DNA of 64,000 nucleotides, from the NCBI RefSeq assembly GCF_964245445.1, contig NZ_CAXTNE010000006.1:3909-67908 (forward strand), read 5' to 3'. The notes below the pieces were generated by a model. That model was not told the DNA's origin, ran no database searches, and was given only the letters and a program-made list of their open reading frames with translations. The position numbers and the translations under genes are program-made. Positions 18,401 through 28,300 of this stretch are shown here, piece by piece. Every line of letters starts with the position of its first letter. Positions within the stretch are counted from its first letter, which is position 1. The DNA comes from an uncultured Nostoc sp. (GTDB lineage: Bacteria > Cyanobacteriota > Cyanobacteriia > Cyanobacteriales > Nostocaceae).

Positions 18401-20135
18401 TGACCGTAAGGCACTACCTACACCTGATACAGCTAGACCTGAAGACAAAGAACTAGTAGCACCGCAGACAACCCTTGAAAAGCAGTTGGCTGTGATCTGG
18501 ACAGAAGTATTAGGCCTGAAAAATATAAGTATAAACGACAACTTTTTTGGATTAGGTGGGGATTCGATTCTTAGCCTTCAAGTAATATCCAAAGCCAACC
18601 AAACAGGGCTGCACCTAACTCCTAAACAGATGTTTCAGTACCAAACTATTGCCCAATTAGCGACAGTAATTGGTGCAACTCAGAAAATTCAAGCTGAACA
18701 AGGAGTTTTAACTGGAGCGCTAGAGCTAATACCTATTCAGCACTGGTTTTTTGAACAAAAGCAACCAGAACCACACCATTGGAATCAAGCTGTATTCTTA
18801 GAAAGCAAGCAGAATATTGACCCTGTGGTTTTAGAGAAAATTATAAAGTTTCTACAAATACATCATGATGTACTACGTTTACGATTTATACAAGAGGAAT
18901 TTAGTACTCAAGCACTTATTGTTAGTCCTGATGATGTAATACCACTGACATGCTTTAATTTCTCAGCACTACCAAAAGATCGACAATCGCCAGCAATAGA
19001 GGCAGCAGCAACTAAACTTCAAGCTAGCTTAAATCTGTCACAAGGGCCGTTATTCCAGGTTGCGCTTTTCAACTTGGGCGACAATCAACCCAACCGCTTG
19101 CTTTGGATTATTCACCACTTAGCTGTTGATGGTGTCTCTTGGCGAATTTTAATTGAAGATTTTCAAACAGCTTACCAGCAAATTAGTCAAGGCAAAGTAA
19201 TTAAGTTGCCACCCAAAACAACTTCTTACAAACAATGGTCTAGCCATCTACAAAAATATGCACAAGCTTCAGCACTACTTTCAGAGCTAGACTTTTGGCT
19301 GAGAACACAATATCAATCAGTTTCGTCTATACCAAGAGATTTTCCTGATGGAAATAATATAGAAGAAACCACTTCTATGGTATCGGTATCGCTGTCTGTA
19401 GAAGAAACCCAAAGTTTGCTGCAACAAGTGCCAGCAGCTTACCAAACACAAATTAATGATGTATTGTTAACAGCACTTATACTAACGTTTAATCACTGGA
19501 CGGGAGAAAATTCTCTACTAATTGACTTGGAAGGGCATGGGCGAGAAGAAATCTTTGAGGATGTGGACTTATCGAGGACTATCGGTTGGTTTACAACTAT
19601 TTTCCCAGTACACCTAAAGCTGGAAAATGCCAACGAGCAAGGAAAAGTCTTGAAGTCAATAAAAGAGCAGCTACGAGCAATTCCGAATCGAGGTATTGGC
19701 TATGGATTACTGCGCTATCTTTGTCAGGACAAAAAAATAGCTGAACAATTTTCCTCATCAAAGGCTGAAGTTGCTTTCAACTATTTAGGACAGTTCGATC
19801 AAGTTTTACCAGAATCATCTTTATTTAGCTTCGCGCAGGAATCGAGTGGTTCTACTAAAAATTTGCAAAGTAAACGAACTCATTTACTGGAAATTAACGG
19901 TGGTATTTATCAAGGAAATTTGGAAATGAGTTGGTTTTACAGTAGTCAGTTGCATCGACAAACCACGATTGAAGTACTTGCTCAGAGGTTTATTGAGGAA
20001 CTGCGATCGCTGATTGCTCATTGCCTATCTCCCAATGCAGGTGGTTTTACCCCTTCCGATTTCGCAGATTTTCAGCAAAGCCAATGGGATCAAACCGATC
20101 TCGATGCCATTACAGCAGCTATGGGGGATATCTAA
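15480..20135 (+). CDS. NRPS module C-A(Ala)-T-E (D-Ala)
   Basis: C MHHIISDGWS; A domain identical to that of 307-5016; T GGDS; E HHLAVDGVSW; COM TPSDFADF. Confidence 0.95.
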   Translation: MTKNREKINDISPERKRELLAKLLQEKVSQLQIFPMSFGQQRLWFIDQLQPGNFANHISAALRLTGFLNQAVLLQTLDEIVQRHEVLRTTFATVEEKPVQVIIPTLSLNLPTINLEELSEVEQEAEVKKLVIQEIQQPFNLSQAPLLRATLLRLKETEHILVFTMHHIISDGWSMGVLTQEVAVLYEAFSKGQPSLLSELPIQYVDFAAWQRQRLQGELLQSQIAYWKNQLEGAPKLLELPTDYPRPAVSSFQGASYSFELSDDLYVALNKLSQQYGSTLFMILLAAFQTLLWRYTGSEDIVVGSPIANRDRTELEGLIGFFANTIALRTNLVGNPTFEDLLTRVRTKLLEAYTHQDLPFEQLVEELQPQRNLSYTPVFQVMFVLQNTPMSVFELPGLTISPLAIDNGSAKFDLTLEITETPQKIFANLEFNTDLFKESTIKRMAGHFQTLLKEIIANPKLRLSELSLLTEAEKRQLLVEWNDTQVNYPQDQCIHQLFEAQVERTPDSIAVVFEDQQLTYGELNTKANQLAHYLQTLGVKPEVLVGICVERSLLMAIGLLAILKAGGAYIPLDHSYPQERIAFILEDTQAPVLLTQESLLEAMPQHKAKVVCLDTDWQTIAQQTQENLLSLVNSQNLAYIIYTSGSTGRPKGVMIQHANTVAMLDWANKTFAMEAMQGVLASTSICFDLSVFEIFVPLCCGGKVILIENALLLPTSSVALDVTLINTVPSVISQLLKTDSIPASVQIVNVAGEPLHNKLVQQLYQQDNIQKVFNLYGPSEDTTYSTFACIHKDTSSTPPIGRPIYNTQIYLLDQNLQPVPVGVAGMLYIGGAGLARGYLNKAELTAEKFIPNPYANLPGERLYKTGDQARYLPNGEIEYIGRVDYQVKVRGFRIELLEIEAVIIQHPTVQEAVVVVNFSQADSQQIVAYIVPQIEQTLTISELRGFLESKLPSYMVPAAFVILSALPLTPNGKVDRKALPTPDTARPEDKELVAPQTTLEKQLAVIWTEVLGLKNISINDNFFGLGGDSILSLQVISKANQTGLHLTPKQMFQYQTIAQLATVIGATQKIQAEQGVLTGALELIPIQHWFFEQKQPEPHHWNQAVFLESKQNIDPVVLEKIIKFLQIHHDVLRLRFIQEEFSTQALIVSPDDVIPLTCFNFSALPKDRQSPAIEAAATKLQASLNLSQGPLFQVALFNLGDNQPNRLLWIIHHLAVDGVSWRILIEDFQTAYQQISQGKVIKLPPKTTSYKQWSSHLQKYAQASALLSELDFWLRTQYQSVSSIPRDFPDGNNIEETTSMVSVSLSVEETQSLLQQVPAAYQTQINDVLLTALILTFNHWTGENSLLIDLEGHGREEIFEDVDLSRTIGWFTTIFPVHLKLENANEQGKVLKSIKEQLRAIPNRGIGYGLLRYLCQDKKIAEQFSSSKAEVAFNYLGQFDQVLPESSLFSFAQESSGSTKNLQSKRTHLLEINGGIYQGNLEMSWFYSSQLHRQTTIEVLAQRFIEELRSLIAHCLSPNAGGFTPSDFADFQQSQWDQTDLDAITAAMGDI
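16911..18463 (+). repeat. 1553-bp direct repeat, copy 2
   Basis: Same sequence as 1783-3335; I saw no mismatch by eye. Confidence 0.95.
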
Positions 20136-20136
20136 C

Positions 20137-23100
20137 ATGGGTGTGCAAAATAAAAACATTGAAGATTTTTATCCCCTCTCGCCTATGCAGCAGGGCATTC
20201 TGTTCCATAGTCTTGCAGATCCTAAATCTGGCATCTATTTTGAACAATTTAGCTGGACTCTCCACGGAAAGCTCAACGTTACAGCCTTTCATCGGGCATG
20301 GCAGCATATTGTAGAACAATATTCCATTCTCCGAACCTGCTTTGTTTGGGAAGGCTTAAAAGAACCAGTACAAATTGTGCATCGACAGGTGGCTTTACCG
20401 TGGCACGAGTATAATTGGCAGGATCTCTCCCCAGAAGAACAACAACAAAAGTTAGAACTTTTCTTACAAAGCGATCGCTCTAGTGGCTTTGAACTTAAGC
20501 AGCCACCATTGATGCGCTTAACACTGATTCAGCTTTCAGATATTTCCTATAACTTTACCTGGAGTCATCATCATCTGTTGCTAGATGGCTGGTCTGTTGC
20601 CTTAGTTTTTAAAGAAGTCCTTGCTTGTTACAAAGCTTTCAGCAATGGTCAAGATTTATACTTAGAATCAATTCGCCCGTATCGAGATTACATTGTCTGG
20701 CTACAGCAACAAAACCTATCTGAAGCTGAGACTTTCTGGCGACAGATGCTTAAAGGTTTTACCACTCCGACACAGCTATCGGTGAATCAAGGAACTAGAA
20801 AATTACTGACTCAAACAGATGGCTATGACGAGCGAGAAGTTAAACTTTCTGTAGTAACAACAGCAGCATTGCAGTCTGTAGCAAAGCAACACCAGTTAAC
20901 GCTGAACACTCTAGTACAGGGAGCCTGGGCTTTGCTATTGAGCTGCTACAGTGGTCAAGAAGACGTAGTTTTTGGGGCAGTAACTTCTGGTCGTCCCCCT
21001 ACTTTACCTCAAGCCGAGTCTATGGTAGGGCTGTTTATCAACATGTTACCGATTAGAGTACAAGTATCACCCAAAGAATTTCTTTTGCCTTGGCTTCAGA
21101 AAATCAAAGATCAACTAGTTGAAGCACGGCAATACGAGTATTGTCCATTAGTGAAAGTCCAAGAATGGAGCGAAGTTTCCAAAGGTGTATCTCTGTTCGA
21201 GAGTATAGTAGTTTTTGAGAACTATGCTGTAGATCCTTCCTTACGGCAGAGGGATATAAATTTGGAGATAGAGGAATTTCATAGCTTTGAAAAGACTAAC
21301 TATCCGATAACCCTAAGCGTGAATCCAGGTGAGGAGTTGTTGCTCAATATTACTTGCGATGACAGCGATCGCTTCGACACTGACACTATCACCCGGATGC
21401 TAGGACATTTACAGACTTTGCTAGAGGGTATGTCCACCAATCCACAGCAACGTCTTGGTGAGTTATCGCTCTTAACAGAACATGAGCGACATCAGTTACT
21501 TGTGGAATGGAATCAAACTCAGGTTGAATATTCTCAAGATCAATGCATCCATCAGTTATTCGAGGCTCAAGTAGAACGTACACCTGATGCGATCGCAGTG
21601 GTGTTTGAAGACCAACAGTTGAGCTACTGCGAACTCAACGCCAGAGCCAATCAACTAGCATATTATTTACAAACTTTAGGAGTAAAACCAGAAGTATTAG
21701 TCGGGATTTGTGTAGAGCGATCAATCGAGATGATAATTGGGATATTAGCCATCCTCAAAGCTGGGGGAGCCTATGTACCGATCGATCCAACCTATCCACA
21801 GCAGCGATTGGCACTGCTGCTAAATGATGCTCCACTTACAGTATTACTTACACAACAGTACCTACTGGCACAATTACCACCACATACAGCAAAAGTCATC
21901 TGCTTAGATGACGATATTAATTGGCAAGCCGGATCATCAGCAATCAAACAAAACCCTGTAAATCAAACCACCCCTGCAAATCTAGTCTATGTGATTTATA
22001 CATCAGGCTCTACTGGCACACCTAAAGGTGTTACTATTGAACATCAGTCTTTGGTAAACTTTGTCCAAGCAGCGATCGCAGAGTACGAACTACAAGCACA
22101 AGACCGGATCTTGCAATTTGCCTCTATCAGCTTCGATGTTGCTTGCGAAGAAATTTTTTCTTGTTTGCTGCATGGCGCAACCTTGGTACTGCGAACCGAT
22201 GATATGCTGGCTTCAATACCAGCTTTATTGGAAAAATGCCAACAACAGTGTATATCTGTTTTAGACATACCTACTGCCTTCTGGCATCAGCTAACTTCTG
22301 AACTTTCAACATCAGAATTAAAGTTACCAGAATCACTGCGCCTAGTTATTATTGGTGGCGAAAAAGCTTCCCCAGATAAGGTTCTCACCTGGCAACAAAA
22401 AGTAAAACCAGAGATAAGGCTAGTAAATGCTTATGGTCCGACAGAAACTACGGTTAGCGCTACGGTTTGCAACTTTGCAAGAACCAAAGAACTGGTAAAA
22501 GTGGAGCGCGAAGTTCCCATTGGACGAGCGATCGCTAATATGCAAACCTATGTGTTAAATACTGATTTACAACCGGTTCCCATCGGTGTTTGGGGCGAAT
22601 TGTACATTGGAGGAATTGGCGTAGCCAGAGGTTATCTGCACCAACCAGGACTAACAGCTCAGAAGTTTATACCAAATCCTTTTAGCGATCGCCCAGGTTC
22701 TCGTCTTTACAAAACAGGCGATCGGGTACGCTACCGCAGCGATGGTCAAATTGAATTTAGCGATCGTATTGACAACCAAGTAAAAATTAGGGGCTTCCGT
22801 ATTGAGCTAGGGGAAATAGAAGCACTCATCAACGAACATCCATCTGTTATGGAAGCAACAGTGATTTCTAGGAAAGATGTGTCAGACTACGAGCAGTTAG
22901 TGGCTTATGTAGTTGCTAATACATCTGATGTTGTAAAAGAGCAAACATCAGCAGTTGTGTCTCAATTACGGCAGCATTTAGAGGCGAAGCTGCCGAACTA
23001 CATGATGCCGTCAGCATTCGTGATGCTAAATGCACTACCACTTACACCTAATGGTAAGGTTGATCGCCAAGCATTGCCTGCACCTGGTACGACAAGACCT

Positions 23101-23469
23101 AAATTAGAAGCAGCTTATCAGCCACCCCAAACCGAAATAGAAAAAACTATTGCTAGTATATGGCAACAAATACTGAATGTTGAGGACGTAGGAATTTATG
23201 ACAATTTCTTTGAACTTGGTGGTCATTCATTGCTATTAATTCAAGTTCATAGCAAGTTGCAAAAAGTATTTCAGCGATATTTCACCTTAGTTGATATGTT
23301 TGAATATCCGACTGTAAGTCACTTGGCTAAATATTTTAGTCAGGAATCTAGCGAAGAAACACCTGTTTTACTAGCTGCTCATCATCCAGAGAGCAGAACG
23401 GCTTCAGTACAGCGGCGAAAACAAGTTAGAAAACAGTATCGAGAAGCAACAAAGCAAAAAGATATTTAG
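20137..23469 (+). CDS. NRPS module C(DCL)-A(basic amino acid, Arg/Lys/Orn-like)-T
   Basis: The likely start is the ATG at 20137, one base after the upstream stop (the ORF-track start at 20014 overlaps the previous gene). FYPLSPMQQG, WSHHHLLLDGWS; A code by eye DVEDIGAVSK; T GGHS. Confidence 0.92.
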   Translation: MGVQNKNIEDFYPLSPMQQGILFHSLADPKSGIYFEQFSWTLHGKLNVTAFHRAWQHIVEQYSILRTCFVWEGLKEPVQIVHRQVALPWHEYNWQDLSPEEQQQKLELFLQSDRSSGFELKQPPLMRLTLIQLSDISYNFTWSHHHLLLDGWSVALVFKEVLACYKAFSNGQDLYLESIRPYRDYIVWLQQQNLSEAETFWRQMLKGFTTPTQLSVNQGTRKLLTQTDGYDEREVKLSVVTTAALQSVAKQHQLTLNTLVQGAWALLLSCYSGQEDVVFGAVTSGRPPTLPQAESMVGLFINMLPIRVQVSPKEFLLPWLQKIKDQLVEARQYEYCPLVKVQEWSEVSKGVSLFESIVVFENYAVDPSLRQRDINLEIEEFHSFEKTNYPITLSVNPGEELLLNITCDDSDRFDTDTITRMLGHLQTLLEGMSTNPQQRLGELSLLTEHERHQLLVEWNQTQVEYSQDQCIHQLFEAQVERTPDAIAVVFEDQQLSYCELNARANQLAYYLQTLGVKPEVLVGICVERSIEMIIGILAILKAGGAYVPIDPTYPQQRLALLLNDAPLTVLLTQQYLLAQLPPHTAKVICLDDDINWQAGSSAIKQNPVNQTTPANLVYVIYTSGSTGTPKGVTIEHQSLVNFVQAAIAEYELQAQDRILQFASISFDVACEEIFSCLLHGATLVLRTDDMLASIPALLEKCQQQCISVLDIPTAFWHQLTSELSTSELKLPESLRLVIIGGEKASPDKVLTWQQKVKPEIRLVNAYGPTETTVSATVCNFARTKELVKVEREVPIGRAIANMQTYVLNTDLQPVPIGVWGELYIGGIGVARGYLHQPGLTAQKFIPNPFSDRPGSRLYKTGDRVRYRSDGQIEFSDRIDNQVKIRGFRIELGEIEALINEHPSVMEATVISRKDVSDYEQLVAYVVANTSDVVKEQTSAVVSQLRQHLEAKLPNYMMPSAFVMLNALPLTPNGKVDRQALPAPGTTRPKLEAAYQPPQTEIEKTIASIWQQILNVEDVGIYDNFFELGGHSLLLIQVHSKLQKVFQRYFTLVDMFEYPTVSHLAKYFSQESSEETPVLLAAHHPESRTASVQRRKQVRKQYREATKQKDI

Positions 23470-23626
23470 TCTCAACAAGGTATTGAAGAAATAAGAGCGA
23501 TCGCTAGAAGATGGATACCCTATAAAATCAAACATTTTAGAAAGTGTTCATAACACTTAAAAAAAAGAAGGCAAAACCTTCTTATTTCAAAAATGAAGTA
23601 TAAAAATTTATTGCAACAAACACAAT

Positions 23627-25273
23627 ATGACATCGAGCAGCCAAGAAATGCTAAACAAGAATTACCTTTTTGAATCTGAACAGGTATTACATGATGGGAT
23701 AGAAGAGCAAGTAATGCAAATGTTTGCTTCATTCAATCAGGTAAACTCTATTGAAAAACAAATAGATGAAATAACTGATAATATTTCTCAAGATTTTTTA
23801 AGCAATATTGACTCTAATACCAACATTGATTTAGACTCACTATTAGAAAAGTTTTCTGATAGTAAAATTCCAGTTCAGCCCACTAATTTTGAGGGCTATC
23901 TTAAGTACATAGGCAATAATCTTGTTGCTCATTCAATACATACATCTTCGCCACGATTTATTGGTCACATGACCTCGGCACTTCCTAGTTTTGTACGCCC
24001 TTTGGCTAAACTCATGACGGCAATGAATCAAAACGCCGTCAAAATAGAGACAGCTAAAGCCCTCACCTTCTGTGAACGTGAGGCTTTGGCTATGTTGCAT
24101 CGACAGATTTATAATTTCTCTGACGGTTTCTACACTCAACATATTCAAAATAACCTCAGTACACTAGGAATCTTAGTTTCTGGTGGAACAGTGGCGAATA
24201 TCTCAGCACTTTGGTGCGCGCGAAATGCTTCACTAGGGCCAAAAGATGGATTTCTCGGCGTAGAAAAAGAAGGTTTAGCAGCTGCTCTAGATTTCTATGG
24301 CTACAAAGGAGCAGTAATTATTGGCTCTGACTTGATGCACTACTCTTTTGATAAAGCTGCGGATTTGATGGGCATTGGTACTCATAGTTTGATAAGAATT
24401 CCTGCTGACTGTAATAATCGAGTTAACTTACAAGCACTGCGCCAAACTGTTATAGACTGTCGTAACCAAAACTTACTAATTATCGCAATTGTAGGGGTTG
24501 CTGGCACGACAGATTCAGGTGGAGTTGATTCCCTTAAAGATATTGCGGAGATTGCACAAGAAGCCAATGCTCATTTTCACGTAGATGCTGCTTGGGGTGG
24601 CCCACTGATTTTTTCTGAACAATATCGGTATAAGCTTGCTGGTATAGAAAAAGCTGATTCAGTCACTATTGATGGACATAAACAACTGTATTTGCCAATG
24701 GGTATTGGTATGGTCTTTTTCCGCAACCCCTATCTAGCTTCTTCAATCGAAAAACAGGCTAGCTATACCATGCGTAAGGGATCGTTTGATTTAGGTAAAC
24801 GTGCTTTAGAAGGTTCTCGGCCGGGCATGGCTTTATTTTTACACGCTGGTCTAAAACTAATTGGGCTTAAGGGATATGAGTTTTTAATTGATGAAGGAAT
24901 CCGCAAAACTCAATACATGGCTGCTCGGATTTCGGCGATGCCTGAATTTGAATTGTTGGCAGAACCTGATACTAATTTGTTAATCTATCGCTATATTCCA
25001 GAGCAATTTAGAGGGCTGATTGCCAAAACACAGTTAACAGAAACAGATAATCAAATTATTAATGATTGTAATGAATATTTACAAAAGATGCAGCGTCATA
25101 TCGGTCGCACTTTTATCTCACGAACAACGAAAATAACTATCAGCTTGGACAAAGAAATTCCTATAATTGCCATGCGTGCAGTAATTGCTAATCCATTAAC
25201 GACTGAAGAAGATATTGAGGCTGTTTTAAATGACCAAATTCAGATTGCTTCTGAAATTTCACTTTCATATTGA
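23627..25273 (+). CDS. panP: PLP-dependent group II decarboxylase, PanP-type aspartate 1-decarboxylase-like (beta-alanine supply)
   Basis: HTSSPRFIGHMTSALP and NQNAVKIETAK match the PanP-type family as I recall it; HVDAAWGG; PLP lysine in DGHKQLY; EGSRPG. Confidence 0.75.
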   Translation: MTSSSQEMLNKNYLFESEQVLHDGIEEQVMQMFASFNQVNSIEKQIDEITDNISQDFLSNIDSNTNIDLDSLLEKFSDSKIPVQPTNFEGYLKYIGNNLVAHSIHTSSPRFIGHMTSALPSFVRPLAKLMTAMNQNAVKIETAKALTFCEREALAMLHRQIYNFSDGFYTQHIQNNLSTLGILVSGGTVANISALWCARNASLGPKDGFLGVEKEGLAAALDFYGYKGAVIIGSDLMHYSFDKAADLMGIGTHSLIRIPADCNNRVNLQALRQTVIDCRNQNLLIIAIVGVAGTTDSGGVDSLKDIAEIAQEANAHFHVDAAWGGPLIFSEQYRYKLAGIEKADSVTIDGHKQLYLPMGIGMVFFRNPYLASSIEKQASYTMRKGSFDLGKRALEGSRPGMALFLHAGLKLIGLKGYEFLIDEGIRKTQYMAARISAMPEFELLAEPDTNLLIYRYIPEQFRGLIAKTQLTETDNQIINDCNEYLQKMQRHIGRTFISRTTKITISLDKEIPIIAMRAVIANPLTTEEDIEAVLNDQIQIASEISLSY

Positions 25274-25319
25274 ACAACTTGCTATTAGACAAAAAATATT
25301 TATTATAATATTTTGACTT

Positions 25320-28300
25320 ATGGATATAACCAATAATTCTATTCATAGCTTAAATGATAATGATCGAGATGAAATTGCTATTATTGGTATGGCAGGTCGT
25401 TTTCCGGGAGCAAATGAAATTGATAGCTTTTGGAAAAACCTGCAAGATGGCATAGAGTCAATTTCTTTTTTCACTAATGAAGAACTAATATCTGCTGGGG
25501 TAGATCGATCATTGCTTAACGAACCTAATTACGTGAAGGCAAGCGGTATATTAGAAGATATAGAGTTATTTGATGCTTCATTTTTTGGTTTTTCCCCCAG
25601 AGAAGCTGAACTTACAGACCCACAACACCGTCTTTTTATGGAAAGTGTTTGGGAAGCTTTAGAAAATGCTGGCTATAACTCGGAAACTTATAGCGGTCAA
25701 ATAGGTCTTTTTGCTGGTCTTGCTGCCAGTTCCTACCTGCTATCAAACTTATATTCCCATCGGGATTTAATGGAATCAGAAGGCAGTATTACTATTGGGA
25801 ATGATAAGGATTTTCTCTCAACACAAATTTCTTACAAATTAAACTTAACAGGGCCAAGTATCAATGTTCAGACAGCCTGTTCCACATCATTGGTTGCTGT
25901 CCACCTAGCTTGCCAAAGTTTACTAAATGGTGAAAGTGATATGGCTTTAGCAGGAGGTGTTAGCGTTGGAGTGCCGCAAAAAACTGGTTACCACTATCAA
26001 CAAGGAGGAATTCATTCTCCTGATGGTCATTGTCGAGCTTTTGACGCTCAAGCGAAAGGAACTAATGGTGGCAGTGGTTTAGGTGTAGTAGTCTTGAAAA
26101 GATTAGAGGATGCTATTGCTGATGGTGATTTTATTTATGCAGTAATCAAGGGATCAGCTGTTAATAACGATGGCTCTTTAAAGGTTGGATATACAGCCCC
26201 TAGTGTTGATGGTCAAAGGAAAGTTATTTTAGAAGCTTTAGCTTTAGCTGGAGTCGAACCTGAGACTGTTTCTTATGTAGAAACGCACGGTACAGGAACT
26301 ATCTTAGGAGACCCGATTGAAATTAAAGCTCTCACACAAGCTTTTCGTGCTAGCACAAATAAAAAAGGTTTTTGTGCTATTGGTTCAGTAAAGACCAATG
26401 TTGGACATTTGGATACAGCAGCTGGTGTAACAGGCTTAATTAAAACAGTCCTTGCATTAAAACATAAAAAAATACCTCCAAGTTTGCACTTTCGAGAGCC
26501 AAATCCACAGATAGACTTTGCCAATAGCCCCTTTTACGTCAATACCAAATTATCCGAGTGGAAAACTAACGGAACACCCCGCAGAGCAGGTGTGAGTTCT
26601 TTTGGTATTGGCGGGACTAATGCCCATGTTATTTTGGAAGAAGCTCCAGTAGAGACGCGCCAAGTTGCGTCTCTACACTCCCGTCCGTGGCAATTGTTGT
26701 TGCTCTCAGCCAAAACCAGCAAAGCTTTAGACACTGCAACAACACAACTGCGTGATTATTTAGAGCAAAACCCCGATATTCCCCTACAAGATATCGCTTA
26801 CACCCTACAAGTAGGTCGTCGAGCTTTTGACTATCGCCGCATCGTGATTTGCCAAGACCCAAATGATGCAGTGAAATCGCTTAACAGCCAATACCCACAA
26901 CGTACTTTTAGTCACCACCACAAGCCAGGTCACTGTCCAGTCATCTTAATGTTTTCAGGACAAGGGTCACAGTATGCAAACATGGGTCGGGAACTGTATG
27001 AAGTCGAACCGACGTTTAAAAAACATGTAGATACTTGCGCTGTGATTTTGCAATCTCATCTAGGTATTGATATCCGTTCCCTACTTTATCCCAGAGAAGA
27101 AGATACTCAAGCAGCTTGTTTGCAACTACAACAAACAGCCCTCACCCAAAGCGCGTTATTCGTTACAGAGTACGCCCTGACTCAGTTATTAATGTCTTGG
27201 GGTGTGCGACCAGAAGCAATGATTGGTCATAGTATTGGGGAATATGTCGCTGCAACCATTGCAGATGTATTTTCTCTAGAGGATGCCTTAAAAATTGTGG
27301 CAAAAAGAGGACAGTTGATGCAACAGTTGCCCTCTGGGAGTATGCTGGCAATCAGGCTGCCAGAAAAAGATGTGCAGTTGCTGCTGTCTGCACAAACGTT
27401 GTATAAAACATCTCTACAAATCGCAGCGATTAACAGCCCATCTTCTTGTGTAGTTTCCGGAACAAACGAAGCAGTTGCAGCCCTAGAAAAGCAATTATCC
27501 TCTCAAGAAGTTGAATGTCAGCTGTTACATACATCTCATGCGTTTCATTCTGTGATGATGGAGCCAATATTGTCAGCATTTATTCAGGCGATAAAAACAG
27601 TCAAACTGAATCCACCACGCATCCGTTTTATTTCTAATGTAACTGGTAGTTGGATTAGTAAAGAGCAAGCGACAAATCCCGATTATTGGTGTCAACATTT
27701 ACGAGAAACTGTAAGATTTTCAGATGGGATATCCCAACTTATACAGGAATTTGAAGGTGTTTTTCTGGAGGTGGGACCAGGGCGAACTTTAAGTACATTA
27801 ACGACACAGCATTTGGATGGAAATGCCAAGCAACAGGTATTGACTTCATTACGCCATGTTAAAGAACAGCAATCGGATGTTGCTTGGTTGTTGCAAACAT
27901 TAGGTCGCTTGTGGCTTTCTGGTGTCGAAATAGATTGGTCGGGATTTTATACCCATGAGCAGCGTCATCGTTTGCCTTTGCCTACTTACCCCTTTGAACG
28001 ACAAAGGTACTGGATTGAACCTAACAAGCAAGGACAAGATGAGCGTCACACTCCAGTATCACTGGGTAAAAAACCTGATATAGCCGACTGGTTTTATATC
28101 CCTTTTTGGAAGCCTTCTTTGCCCCCATTACAACTTGAACATCAAGAATTAGCATCTGAGAAGTCCTGTACTTTGGTGTTTATCGATGAGTGTGGCTTGG
28201 GTAGTAAATTGGTCAAACAATTAGAAACACAAAACCAGGATGTAATTACTGTAAAAGTTGGTGAGAGTTTTACCATACTAAGTGAATCTCAATATACTAT

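Noticed and set aside
307-20135. Microcystin/nodularin cluster, suggested by the McyA-like Ala code with an E domain
   Set aside because: Module order and substrates do not match; no N-methyltransferase, DH or C-methyltransferase domains, and no Adda-forming aminotransferase domain.
20014-20136. N-terminal extension of the fourth NRPS (and similar extensions at 292, 35658, 48848, 50652, 59191)
   Set aside because: They rely on alternative start codons that overlap upstream genes or lack an RBS; better ATG starts lie downstream.
6615-25273. Schizokinen-type siderophore pathway (Dat plus Ddc)
   Set aside because: No IucA/IucC NIS synthetase, N-hydroxylase or TonB receptor in the window, and the decarboxylase looks PanP-like. 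Kept only as an alternative hypothesis.
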